IMG/VR virus record: IMGVR_UViG_3300038428_000825 | Location: 1-64,000 of that record | Origin: a virus | Lineage: Duplodnaviria > Caudoviricetes | DNA: 64,000 nucleotides | Strand: one strand, 5' to 3' | In this document: in pieces, positions 46,822 through 56,900 of the stretch | Layout: each line of letters begins with the position of its first letter | Position numbering within the stretch: position 1 is the stretch's first letter | The notes under the pieces: model-generated | The model's database searches: none | The model's input: only the letters and a program-made list of their open reading frames with translations | Told to the model about the DNA's origin: nothing | Program-made: the position numbers and the translations under genes

Positions 46822-47820
46822 ATGAGCATCCCTCCCATCAGTTACGTCTCCTCCGACCAAAGCATGGTAACCAGCGGTGTCGAGTCCTTCTCGTCACAGG
46901 CCACTCCCATTGTGTCTGGAGGTCTCCAGACCGACGCTAGCCCGGCGCCTGCGCTGCCGAACGCCTCGGAAACATCGACCAGCTATACCGATTCCACCCA
47001 ACCCGGAATGGTCCTGGGCAGCGACGGCAACTATTATCCGGCATCGAGTGTCTCTGCCGGTGGCGGGATCACGGATCCTCCCGTTTCCGCCTTCAACCCG
47101 ATCAGCTCTGCTCTCAAATCCTCGTCAGTGCCAGCGAACAATCCCGCGCAACAGCACAACCTGAATCCAGGCAACGGACTGTATCACGAGGCATCCTACA
47201 CGGGATCGAACCTGAAGGTGATGATCGAGGTGGCCAATGACGGCACCAACACGACCAATCCTACTGGCCTGTCGACAACCACCAACTCCAACAGCGTCTC
47301 CCAGCAGGCGACTTCCAAGCCTGCGCGCCAGGCAAAGCAGCTTGTGGAGCTGACCACCATTACGGTATCCGTCCATCGTGTGAAGTCTCCCGCGGTGGCC
47401 TGTGGATACATCAACCCCAAAGGCTGGGCGCGCGGCCGGCGCACAATCGCCGGCACTTTGGTGATGACCAAGTTCACTACGGACGTCCTTTACGCCTTCC
47501 TCAATTCCGGCGCGTTCACATCCGACCTCTCCAAAGACACAACCTACATGAAGGTGGATCAGCTTCCTCCCTTCAATCTCACTCTTCTGTTCGCCGATGA
47601 GTATGGGAACACCAGCTCTCAGCGGTTGCTGGGTGTCGAGCTTGTGACGTCGGGTGACGTCTACTCCATCCAGGACATGTTGAGCGAACAGACAATCTCC
47701 TACGTTGCCGCGGACTTCACGCCCTTGATGCCTCTCAACAAGAGCAGCCTTTACGGAGCCGCCGCCGGGAGTACCGTGACGGCTCCGCAGAGAACCGTGG
47801 GCACGGTCCTGAACCAATAG
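46822..47820 (+). CDS. Tail tube paralogue (tube initiator-like) with a low-complexity N-terminus
   Basis: ELTTITVSVHRVKSP, RRTIAGTL, DQLPPFN, DEYG, GVELV share the motifs of 46039..46734. Confidence 0.7.
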   Translation: MSIPPISYVSSDQSMVTSGVESFSSQATPIVSGGLQTDASPAPALPNASETSTSYTDSTQPGMVLGSDGNYYPASSVSAGGGITDPPVSAFNPISSALKSSSVPANNPAQQHNLNPGNGLYHEASYTGSNLKVMIEVANDGTNTTNPTGLSTTTNSNSVSQQATSKPARQAKQLVELTTITVSVHRVKSPAVACGYINPKGWARGRRTIAGTLVMTKFTTDVLYAFLNSGAFTSDLSKDTTYMKVDQLPPFNLTLLFADEYGNTSSQRLLGVELVTSGDVYSIQDMLSEQTISYVAADFTPLMPLNKSSLYGAAAGSTVTAPQRTVGTVLNQ

Positions 47821-47841
47821 GCAGCTCAGTAAGGAATCGAC

Positions 47842-48663
47842 GTGACGATAATCGCCGGCAGTCCGATGGCACCAACGGCAAGTTCCAACGCCGTTCAGAA
47901 GCCCCCAGCTCCGGGATCGGCCACTCCGGCTGCGGCGAATACCCAGAACACTCCCGGCGGTATCGTCATCCCCTCGCTTGCCCCCAACTACGAGTGGATC
48001 TATCCCAACTCGACGGATGGCAAGTATTTCACCGCCACACAGGCCCAGATGTACATCGGCAACCTGTTCATCGACGAACTGGTGAACCTGCAGTTTGCCT
48101 ATCAGGGCAACCGAATTCCCATGTTTGGGTATTGTTCACGAAGCGCGGATGCGTTTGGAACCGGCAGGCTTTTGGTACAAGGACAGATTGCGATTAACTT
48201 CGTGACTGAAGGCTACCTGTACACGGTCCTCAAAGAGTTCTCGAAGATATACACCCAGCCGGTTCAGGCATCAGCAACAGGACAGGCGGGCGCGCAGATC
48301 GCTTCTCTGGTGCAGCAGAGTCAGCAGATCACTAACGCCATGCAAGGCGCCTTGTCGCCGTCTGCCACCGCAAGCTACCAGGCGCAGTTGAACATCATCA
48401 GCCAGCAGATCCAGTCTCTGGCCGCCCAGGGCGGCCCGGACGCGATCAACGCCGCCAAGCAATCCGCCACTGTTCAGAGCGACACTCCAAACGCGATTGT
48501 GCTGAACATCCCGTTCGACATTCACTGCGAACTGACAGGCGCGGGCCGCACGGTGGAGAGGATTCTCCGCAACTGCCTGCTGATCTCGAACGAGCAGGTT
48601 TACGACCAATCCGGCCAGACACTGTTGGACTGCTATGGCTTCGTTGCCCGCTCTGCCAACTAA
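47842..48663 (+). CDS. Third tube-fold paralogue (baseplate tube-like)
   Basis: RIPMFGY...GRLLVQGQIAINF...PFDI...FVAR pattern parallels the tube proteins. Confidence 0.6.
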   Translation: MTIIAGSPMAPTASSNAVQKPPAPGSATPAAANTQNTPGGIVIPSLAPNYEWIYPNSTDGKYFTATQAQMYIGNLFIDELVNLQFAYQGNRIPMFGYCSRSADAFGTGRLLVQGQIAINFVTEGYLYTVLKEFSKIYTQPVQASATGQAGAQIASLVQQSQQITNAMQGALSPSATASYQAQLNIISQQIQSLAAQGGPDAINAAKQSATVQSDTPNAIVLNIPFDIHCELTGAGRTVERILRNCLLISNEQVYDQSGQTLLDCYGFVARSAN

Positions 48664-48690
48664 CCGACCAACCTTTAGGAGCATCGACTC

Positions 48691-49119
48691 ATGTCCGATC
48701 AGATCAAAGAACAACCCCAAATCACCCCTTTCGAGTTCCTCCAGACATTCCCGGAGGCTCCGAGCCTGGAGCAGATCGAACAGTGGAAGCAGCAGGCGCC
48801 AGGCGCGCGCCTCCGTATCTGGCACTCGACGGATGGGAAGCGCGTTTATGTGCTGCGGGCCATCGGCGGCCAGGAACTGGGGCAACTGCAGGCGAGCCTG
48901 CCCCCGAACATCCCGCCAGAGAAGGTGCAAGCCGAGGTCCAGATCCTTATGGCAATCCGCTGTTGTGTGTGGACCAGCTCGACCATCGATCACAAGCTGT
49001 CCGACCTCGCACTGAAGGGAGCAGGCGCAGGCCTTCCCCAGACGCTGCAAGAGATCATCTATCAGCTCTCTGACTACATGGACCCGATGGACATCAACCG
49101 CTTCAGCGCCGATCTGTAA
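48691..49119 (+). CDS. Putative tail assembly chaperone
   Basis: AGGAG RBS; IEQWKQ...YVLRAI...AGLP.TL...I...S; gene order. Confidence 0.6.
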   Translation: MSDQIKEQPQITPFEFLQTFPEAPSLEQIEQWKQQAPGARLRIWHSTDGKRVYVLRAIGGQELGQLQASLPPNIPPEKVQAEVQILMAIRCCVWTSSTIDHKLSDLALKGAGAGLPQTLQEIIYQLSDYMDPMDINRFSADL

Positions 49120-49127
49120 GGAGCGCC

Positions 49128-49703
49128 ATGCAGGTATTCTCTGCCCGTTGGCCAAGCGGCCGTAAAGTGAAGTGGCGTTCACTCACCTGGGCAGAGTTCA
49201 AGAAGTTTGATCGACAACTCGATTATGACTGCCCGGCTTCCGTCTACTGCGACGTATACCGGGCAGTTGTGCTTGATGGCCCACCTCTGGATGGCGACCC
49301 TGTTTACCAGGCGCCGGCCGGACTCGTCGAATGGATTGCCCGAGCATTGCTGGACTCGAATCCGTTCAACGGAGAATACAAGGACGTCAAGCGCGCGCTC
49401 GAAATGAAGCGCATCGAACTGAAGTCAAGCTGGTTGAACTCCGCCAAGTCGATCATCGCCGGGATCTTCCGTTACACCTTCGAGGAGATCGAGCAGTGGG
49501 ATGCGGAGATGTTCTTCGAGCGTCTCGCCTACGCCGAGTTCGTCTCTGGGCGCAAGCTCGAGCCGGGAGATCCGGATAAGCTGGATGCCCAGCATTCTGG
49601 GAAGAAGCCTAGTCACCCTGAAGGCCCTCCGAAGCCTGCCAAGCGCGAGCTGAGTCCGGCACAACAGAAGGTTGTCAATCGCGTAGTCAACTCCCGTAAG
49701 TAA
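49128..49703 (+). CDS. Putative second tail assembly chaperone
   Basis: AAGGAG RBS; WRSLTWAEF...AGLV..IA..L parallels the preceding chaperone. Confidence 0.55.
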   Translation: MQVFSARWPSGRKVKWRSLTWAEFKKFDRQLDYDCPASVYCDVYRAVVLDGPPLDGDPVYQAPAGLVEWIARALLDSNPFNGEYKDVKRALEMKRIELKSSWLNSAKSIIAGIFRYTFEEIEQWDAEMFFERLAYAEFVSGRKLEPGDPDKLDAQHSGKKPSHPEGPPKPAKRELSPAQQKVVNRVVNSRK

Positions 49704-49712
49704 GGGGATGCT

Positions 49713-52700
49713 GTGCCCTTGGATTCCTCCCAACCCGTGATCGAAACCACAGCCGGGCGTCCTCGTTTCGCTTCCGACAAATCCTTTCAACTGGAAAGTG
49801 AAGAGGCCTACAATCCCTTGGTCCGAGCGATCGGAGTCGGGGTTGTGGGCACGGCTTTGTATGCCACGCATCGGACGATGCTGGCGACGGTGCCGGAGTA
49901 TGCCCCGACGCTTCAGAACTGGGCGCAGAAGTTCGAGAATCAGACTCCCTTCCACATTGGCCGGACCTTCGCGTTCACCGAACGGCTCTCTTCCTACACA
50001 ACTCCCGAAGAGTTGAAGTTCACACGGTCGATGCTGACCAACCTGGACGGGTCGCTCAACACCGTCGGCGAGACATTCCAACGTCAGTTCAAAGCTGCAG
50101 GCGTAGATTTCGACGTCCTCCAGCAGGTCACCGAAGACAACCCCCTGCTGTTCAAGGGCCGCCGGCGCGCGGGCTCTGCCTACATGAAGCTGGTGGGCCG
50201 CGGCGGGATCGACTTCGAGACCCGGTTCACTCCATCGGAAGGCCGTCTCGCCGGCACTGCTTCCCGTCTTGGCCAGGATCTGCGCCAGACGCCCCTCCAT
50301 TGGTCCACGAATCCCAACTTCCGCGAGCGGATGTGGGAGAACTTCCAAACCTATAGATCTTCGCAGCGCATCACCAACGCGTCTCCCTGGAGAGAGGCCG
50401 CCAAGGATGCTTCTGATCTGAAGTTCCGGCCGTTCCACAGCCGGGCCCATGTCGAAGGCAATCTGGGTGAGGAGGTCGCGCAGACGGCTCGAAACGTCTG
50501 GTCGCGCTTTCAGGTTGAATCTCTCGAAGCAGTAGAGCGTCCTCAGAGACTCTTTGCCGAAGCAGGATTCGGTCTCAAGGCAGGCACCTGGAACAAGACC
50601 TTCCATCTTCCTTTCGCCGGTGAAGGTGGCATCGTCAACCAGATGCTCACCAGGCGCGTGCTGCCGATCGCGCTGGCCGCGACCGCTGCAGGCTGGCTGG
50701 ATTACAAGCTTGGGCATCCCAGCGACAAGGTCATCGATCTCGGCCTCAAGGCCAACGTCCTCCGGGCGGATCTGACAGACATGCTTCCCGGTGGCCGCAA
50801 GGTCACCGAATTCTACGAGAATACTGTCCCCGGGCCACAGTATGGTCCGCTGGCGCTTCCCGCAGCCGGTGCTTTTGCCGGCGGCCTGCTGCACTACTCG
50901 CGCGTCGTGCGCGGCCAGTTCGCCACCGAGGATCTCCGAAAAGCAGGCTCACGTCTTCTGCCGGATGTGAAGGCCCTGCGGACATGGGCCGGCACCAGCG
51001 GTAAGAAGCTGGCATCCATCGAAGGCTTGGCTCAGATCTGGAGAGGTCTGGGCACACCCGGCAGAGGAGCGGCAATCGGTCTGGTGGCAGCGTTGCCCTT
51101 CCTGCCTGGAATGCTTGGTTCTCGCAAGACTGGCAACGAGTTGCGCGATGTCTATTCCGGATTGGACGAGGTTCCAATCCGAAGTGGACGCTGGTGGGAG
51201 CTGGGATCAACCCCCTTTGAAGGCGCGCGCATCAAGGCATGGCGGCCTCACTGGAGCGTCCTGCACAAGAGCCGCGCGGAAGACATCTCGCTGTTCGGAT
51301 CGGAAGAGGAGAAGTGGAAGCACAACCCGATCCTGCATCCCCTCCGCTGGCTGAAGGATCCGTACTACCTCGAAAAACTGCACTACGAGGACCGCCCGTA
51401 CCCAGTGGCGTCGCCGGCATTCACCAACGTGCCACTCATCGGCCCGTTGCTTGGCGCCACGATCGGCAAACTGGTCAAGCCGACGATCAGAATGCACGAA
51501 GAGGATTGGGATGGCAAGGAGTACACCCTCTACTCGACACGCATCGAGCCCAAAGGTCCAGAGGCTCTTCCTCCGCCACTGCCGAAGGACGAATTCTCGA
51601 TCGGCAACGCCCTCAAGAAGGAAGCGACGATCTTTGCCGAGTACACCGGTCTCTACGGCTTCATCGCCAAGAGTGGCTATCAGGGACTGTTTCCCAACTC
51701 CAATAGTCTGGGCAAGGAAGTCGACTATCAAGGATCTCGTCAGATCGACAACTTCTCCCGTCGTTACTACGAGAAGGAGTTGGGCGCCGGCATTGGTCCG
51801 TCCCTCTCAGGCACAGAGCACTTCGGCTATACAGAACCCTTTCGCCGCTTTGTCCAGCGGGAGAGCTTCTCTCCCCAGGCCAACGAGATCCCCAACACGG
51901 CCGCCAGTTGGCTGCCAGGAGATGACTACTACACCAACTTCCATGTCGGCGATCCCTTCATCAAGGTCGACCAGGGATTTGCCCGTCTGCCCGGCGCCGG
52001 CTACGAAGCCATCCATCCCGAGCTGAAGGGAGTCGATCCAGAAGACTATCCCGACATCCACAAGATGGCCATCCTGGCCGACGTGGCCCCATACTCACGG
52101 GAGTACCACAACGTCAGGCAGCGCGTAGCCCAGCAAGCCAAGGGCGATACCGAGCTGGAGATCGAATACGAGAAGATCATGAACCGGGTCAAACAGACCC
52201 GGGAATCGATCATCCGGATGAACGACAGGCACTTCACCGCACCTGTCGATGAGATCTCCGGCACTGTGGATGAGGTTTCTCCCGGCGGAGTCACCCTCAA
52301 GGAGTTTCCCGGCCGGCGCTTCCAGTTCTCTTCCGTGGGTATGAGTGCGGCAGACCTGTCCGCGAAGATCCTCGGCGAGAACAACGACATGACCCGCAGC
52401 GAGGTGGCCCTCGAAGTGGACCGCCGTCGTGATGCCATGCAGCTGTATCTGGCCGATCATTTGGCCGAAGGAACATGGATCCGGGCTGTTGTTCCCAAAG
52501 GAGCTACGGACAGTGCCGAGTCGATTCGGGCTGTCATCCTGGCCAATGGAGAGAACGTCAACCGCGAGCTGATCGACCAAGGGTTTGGGCAGTACCGTGA
52601 AGACCTCGGCGGAGCCGAAGCTCGTTCCATGCATGGGAAGCTGGGACGCGCAGTCGGTAGCATGGCCGAGGGTTTGGCCTTCCAGGGAGATTCCAGTGCA

Positions 52701-53726
52701 TTGAATCCGATGAGGTATGTGCCCTCACCGGCCCACACCAAGTTCTGGCAGGAACGCACCCCGCTGGCCCAGTACATCAACAATGAGGTTGCAGGCACCA
52801 GGATGCGGCGTTGGGAGCGCCCGATCCACGACTTCCTCATGCCCTATGCCCGCGGTCTGGTCGAGCGCGTGACCGGACAAACTGTGCTGCCTGGCGACGT
52901 TCAGAAACGCCGGGACCTCAACACTCTGGCCGACGTCATGACCTACCTGCGCGATCTGGATGGTCGTGCGTCAGGCTCCTATACTAATAAGGGGCAGAGG
53001 ACATCGATCGGCGCCAACCTGTTTGCCGCGCCGACATTCGTTGCTTCCACCCTTCCCGCTCGTGAATCCCACTACTTCCGTGAGTTTCTTGCCGAGACCG
53101 ATCCGAGCAAGAGATCCCAGATTCTGAAGGTTGCATCCCCAGAGATGCAACGCGCTTTGTCCGCCCAATGGGCAGTGCAGAAGTCCCGCATTGCCGAGGC
53201 GGAAGGCAAGGATCACGAGGAGATTGGCGAGGGCGGCCGGCTGTACGACGAAGCCGACGTTGAAGAGTTCGAGAAGGCTGACACCGGCCTCGACTACGGC
53301 AACTGGCTGCGTTCGAAAGAGATTGCGGACTTCTTCTCCCGGACTGGATTCGCTCTCCCCGAGCACAGCTCTGAAGCGTTTGATGAGGCTTTGGATTACC
53401 AGGATGTTGAGCTGAAGATAATTCAGCAGGAGGGGTATGACGCACACGACTTCAACATCTTTGACGACAGGGCTTCCCTCCTGTGGCGGAAGCCGTACAT
53501 CGATGGAGCTGTTCGTGAATTGACCAGCGGCGATGATCGTTCTCCCGACCAGCTTCGGCGTGCGGTGGAACAGATCATGCTGGCAGCCAACGACAAGAAG
53601 GCGGACGTCAGAACCTCCGTTCATGCAGGACATGTGAATCACACGAATGTTCGCGTGCGCGCCGATATAGATCAGACGGAAGACTTGCTGAGAGAGATTC
53701 GCCGGAATCCAGAGGATTACCAGTGA
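49713..53726 (+). CDS. Large tape-measure-like/ejected protein with hydrophobic segments and an SNase(OB)-like domain
   Basis: 1337 aa, several Gly/Ala hydrophobic helices, GENVNRELIDQGFG resembles the SNase C-terminal motif; tape-measure position. Confidence 0.6.
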   Translation: MPLDSSQPVIETTAGRPRFASDKSFQLESEEAYNPLVRAIGVGVVGTALYATHRTMLATVPEYAPTLQNWAQKFENQTPFHIGRTFAFTERLSSYTTPEELKFTRSMLTNLDGSLNTVGETFQRQFKAAGVDFDVLQQVTEDNPLLFKGRRRAGSAYMKLVGRGGIDFETRFTPSEGRLAGTASRLGQDLRQTPLHWSTNPNFRERMWENFQTYRSSQRITNASPWREAAKDASDLKFRPFHSRAHVEGNLGEEVAQTARNVWSRFQVESLEAVERPQRLFAEAGFGLKAGTWNKTFHLPFAGEGGIVNQMLTRRVLPIALAATAAGWLDYKLGHPSDKVIDLGLKANVLRADLTDMLPGGRKVTEFYENTVPGPQYGPLALPAAGAFAGGLLHYSRVVRGQFATEDLRKAGSRLLPDVKALRTWAGTSGKKLASIEGLAQIWRGLGTPGRGAAIGLVAALPFLPGMLGSRKTGNELRDVYSGLDEVPIRSGRWWELGSTPFEGARIKAWRPHWSVLHKSRAEDISLFGSEEEKWKHNPILHPLRWLKDPYYLEKLHYEDRPYPVASPAFTNVPLIGPLLGATIGKLVKPTIRMHEEDWDGKEYTLYSTRIEPKGPEALPPPLPKDEFSIGNALKKEATIFAEYTGLYGFIAKSGYQGLFPNSNSLGKEVDYQGSRQIDNFSRRYYEKELGAGIGPSLSGTEHFGYTEPFRRFVQRESFSPQANEIPNTAASWLPGDDYYTNFHVGDPFIKVDQGFARLPGAGYEAIHPELKGVDPEDYPDIHKMAILADVAPYSREYHNVRQRVAQQAKGDTELEIEYEKIMNRVKQTRESIIRMNDRHFTAPVDEISGTVDEVSPGGVTLKEFPGRRFQFSSVGMSAADLSAKILGENNDMTRSEVALEVDRRRDAMQLYLADHLAEGTWIRAVVPKGATDSAESIRAVILANGENVNRELIDQGFGQYREDLGGAEARSMHGKLGRAVGSMAEGLAFQGDSSALNPMRYVPSPAHTKFWQERTPLAQYINNEVAGTRMRRWERPIHDFLMPYARGLVERVTGQTVLPGDVQKRRDLNTLADVMTYLRDLDGRASGSYTNKGQRTSIGANLFAAPTFVASTLPARESHYFREFLAETDPSKRSQILKVASPEMQRALSAQWAVQKSRIAEAEGKDHEEIGEGGRLYDEADVEEFEKADTGLDYGNWLRSKEIADFFSRTGFALPEHSSEAFDEALDYQDVELKIIQQEGYDAHDFNIFDDRASLLWRKPYIDGAVRELTSGDDRSPDQLRRAVEQIMLAANDKKADVRTSVHAGHVNHTNVRVRADIDQTEDLLREIRRNPEDYQ

Positions 53727-53902
53727 TGCAAGTAACCGTTCCTATGTGGTCGGATGAGGCTTTGGTAGATCCCTGCCAACAGAGAGACTCGTAACAGCCT
53801 CATCGGCCCCTGCCGGGCGGATCAAAACCTGGACTTCCACCCAAGCACACTCGTCCTCGTGCTCCTCGCCTTGATCGGAAGCATCCGCCCAACCCCCTTC
53901 CT

Positions 53903-56900
53903 GTGACCCTTATGGACCCTCGTGACATCTTCAAGAACCTGACCGGGGTTTACGGCTGGGCTGCAGAACGGCCTGGTCTGATGTTCGGCGCCGGCGCGGC
54001 CGCATTGGCTGCGCCCTTGTTCATGAAGAACGACGAACGGGGCTACTTCAAGACATCCGCCATGACGACGCCGGCAATTGTCGCCGCAGCCATGGTGGCG
54101 CCCCGCCTTATCCCTACGGCGATCAGCGAAGGCAAGCGGCTTATCGATGTCGTCAAGCAGGTTCCCACGGACTACGGGTTCCGCGATGGGGTTTACCAGG
54201 CCGCCACCGGAGCAGTGAACATCGCCGAGCTGCGCAGCGCCTATGAAGAAGGCCGCATCTCGATCAACGAATATCTCGCCGGACAGAGCCGCTTCTATGC
54301 CGGCCTGCCTATCGAAGAGATCACAAGCAACCAGATCGAGCGTGAATTCTCCGCCCTGACCTCACATTTCAATCGCCTCTACGAAGACCCGACCAAACAC
54401 CGCCTGCTGGAGAACGCGCTCTTTCACGCCCAACTGAAGCAGTCGGGCGCCGCCGACAAGCTGGGCTGGCAGGGCCTGACGGCCGTGGCGCCGACGATGA
54501 CGGCGAACGAGATGAGCGATGTCATCGACGCCAACTCCAAGGACATCGATTGGATCAGGGAGATGAACTTCCGGCTCCGTGAGGCATCCGAGGCCAAGGT
54601 TGCCGGCGAAGGAGCAGTGGTTCCCCAGCTCAAGGATCTGGCTTCCACGAACGCCGAGTTCATGACATCCGAAAGCTACGCGGGCCGTGGGCGCGCTTTG
54701 CTTGAAGAGCAACATGCTGCCCTGGCTCAAGAGATCGACGACCTGCTGAAGGACTCAGCCGCCGTCAAGCAGTACGGCTATCGCGCAGAAAACATCGAAG
54801 TCATCACTCTGCCTGCCGGCCGGAACCGACCGATCAACGAGATCGTTGGACTGCGTATCGACGGCGACCTGACCATCCCTGTCATCGATGGTAACGGTGG
54901 CATCAGACTGGGAAGCTCCTTCGAGAACTCCGGCGTCTCCCGCTTCTTCATGCAGCACGGCGGAGATGTCAGCGCCGATGTCTACGGCGTGCGCGGCCTC
55001 CGCTATGGGAAAGACTTCGTGCGCGAAGAGTTGAGCCGGGCCCAGTTCGTTGTCGGCCGTGATCCTCTCAACGGCAACCCTTTCCAGGCCGAAGATGCCG
55101 GTGTCGCCCAGGCAACCCGCCGCCAGCAGCAGTTCTACAGCAACCAAGGTGTCTTTGCCGATATGCCCGGGTCTTTCCCCGTTGACGGCGAGGACCGCGG
55201 TGTTTGGAGTCGGATGCGGCCGGAGCGCAAGGTAGCCGAGATCACCCACCAGGTCGATTCCGGCGGCAAGATACGCACCACGGGCGGCACGAAGATCGAC
55301 ACCCTGGAACGGGAGGAAACCCGGCTCATCGAGCCCATGGGTGTTCACAACCGTGAGAAGGAAAGCCTGCGCATCAAGTCGATGAACAAGTCGATTTGGG
55401 CGGAAGTGGCCGAAGGCCATGCGGGTTTCTCCGCGACGGATTACACCGATCTTCCGGAGTTTGGCGTTCACTCCCTCCAGATCACTCCCAGCCAACGCGC
55501 GCTGTTCGGCGACCTGCCGGAATGGAATCAGGTTGCCGAGGCGGGCTTCGATTCCAGGCTGGCACTTGAAGATTCAGCTCGAGCCCTTTCGCTCGATATG
55601 GCCCTCAGCAAGATCGGCGCGAAGCAACGGGCGGTCGGCTATATCGCCAAGGACGCCGGCGTAAACGAGATGATCGCCGCGGACATGTGGGACAGGCTCC
55701 TGCCTTTCCTGTCCAATCGGAAGAACTACGAAGCTATGCGCAACGTCGGCTACATCGGCGAGGGCGCGCGCATCATGAAGAAGAACGTCGGCGCCGAGGC
55801 TGTGCGCCATGTGAACTACCTCGTCCACGAGAACATGTTGTCCGAGGACCTCCTCAAAGGAGGAACATTCGGACGCGACCAAGTCCTCGGGATGAAGTAT
55901 GGCACCTCCATGTTCGCCCAGGGCGACAGCAATCGCATCATCAACCACTCGGTCAATGAGGCAGACGGAACGATCCTTCTCCAGGTTGAAGAGCGCCTGG
56001 GCGTTCAGGGCATGAAGACTCACAACCTGGGCAAGCAGACGGTGAGCCGCGCGCTCGAAGACGTCGAGATGGATCGGGTGATCCGCGGCTTCAACAACTA
56101 CTTCAGGGTCTCTGGCCAGGGCGGCGCCGTGGCCGACGAAGTTGACAGCGTGGTTCTGGAACAGTTCAACAGCGCCAAGGCAAACAATCCCCTGCAGATC
56201 CTCAACGACTCTCTGGGAGATACCTTCCGCCGGCTCGACAGCATTTACGGTGCAGGCAACAAACCGGCCTTCCTCACCGAAGCGAAGTTCTCCGGCCGCA
56301 GTCACCTGGACCGCCTGGCCGAGCTGGGCTACTCCTACGAGAACGGCCGTCTGATCACGCACACCGGCAACCTGCGCGACCTTCAAGGTTCGGCTGCGGA
56401 TTACACCCAGGCCGCCGATTACATCCGCGACCTCATGGATGAAGTCGGGGCGCGCATCAAGAACAAGCAGATCGCTGGCGATCGGTTCATGGAAAGCTAC
56501 ATCGACTGGTCGTTTAAGCATGAGGATGGCACCTACCTCGAATACCTGATGCAGCGGGCGCTGCCTGAGTCCATGAGCGTGTCGGATCACATGGCACTCA
56601 ACCACGCTTCCCGTGTCGGTATCACCCGCGATGCTCTCCAGCAGATGTCCCTGGCCGGCGAGCATGAGACCGCACGCGAGATCCTGAGCCGGCTCGAAAC
56701 GGATGGCTCTACTGGGATGACCTGGGATTTCATGCAGCACACCGATCCCAGCGTGCGCGACTTCTCGAAGCCGTTTGGGGAAGCCAGCATCTCGATCGAT
56801 GAAGCAGTGGGCGACAGCCTGATCGACAGGCTGGGCACTGCAGAAGGCCGCGTCATGAAAGCGACCGGGCCTGACGGCAAGGTTGGAATCAAATCGACGA

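Noticed and set aside
48691-49703. Programmed frameshift between the tail chaperones
   Set aside because: The second gene has its own AAGGAG RBS and ATG, and no slippery heptamer was seen near the end of the first
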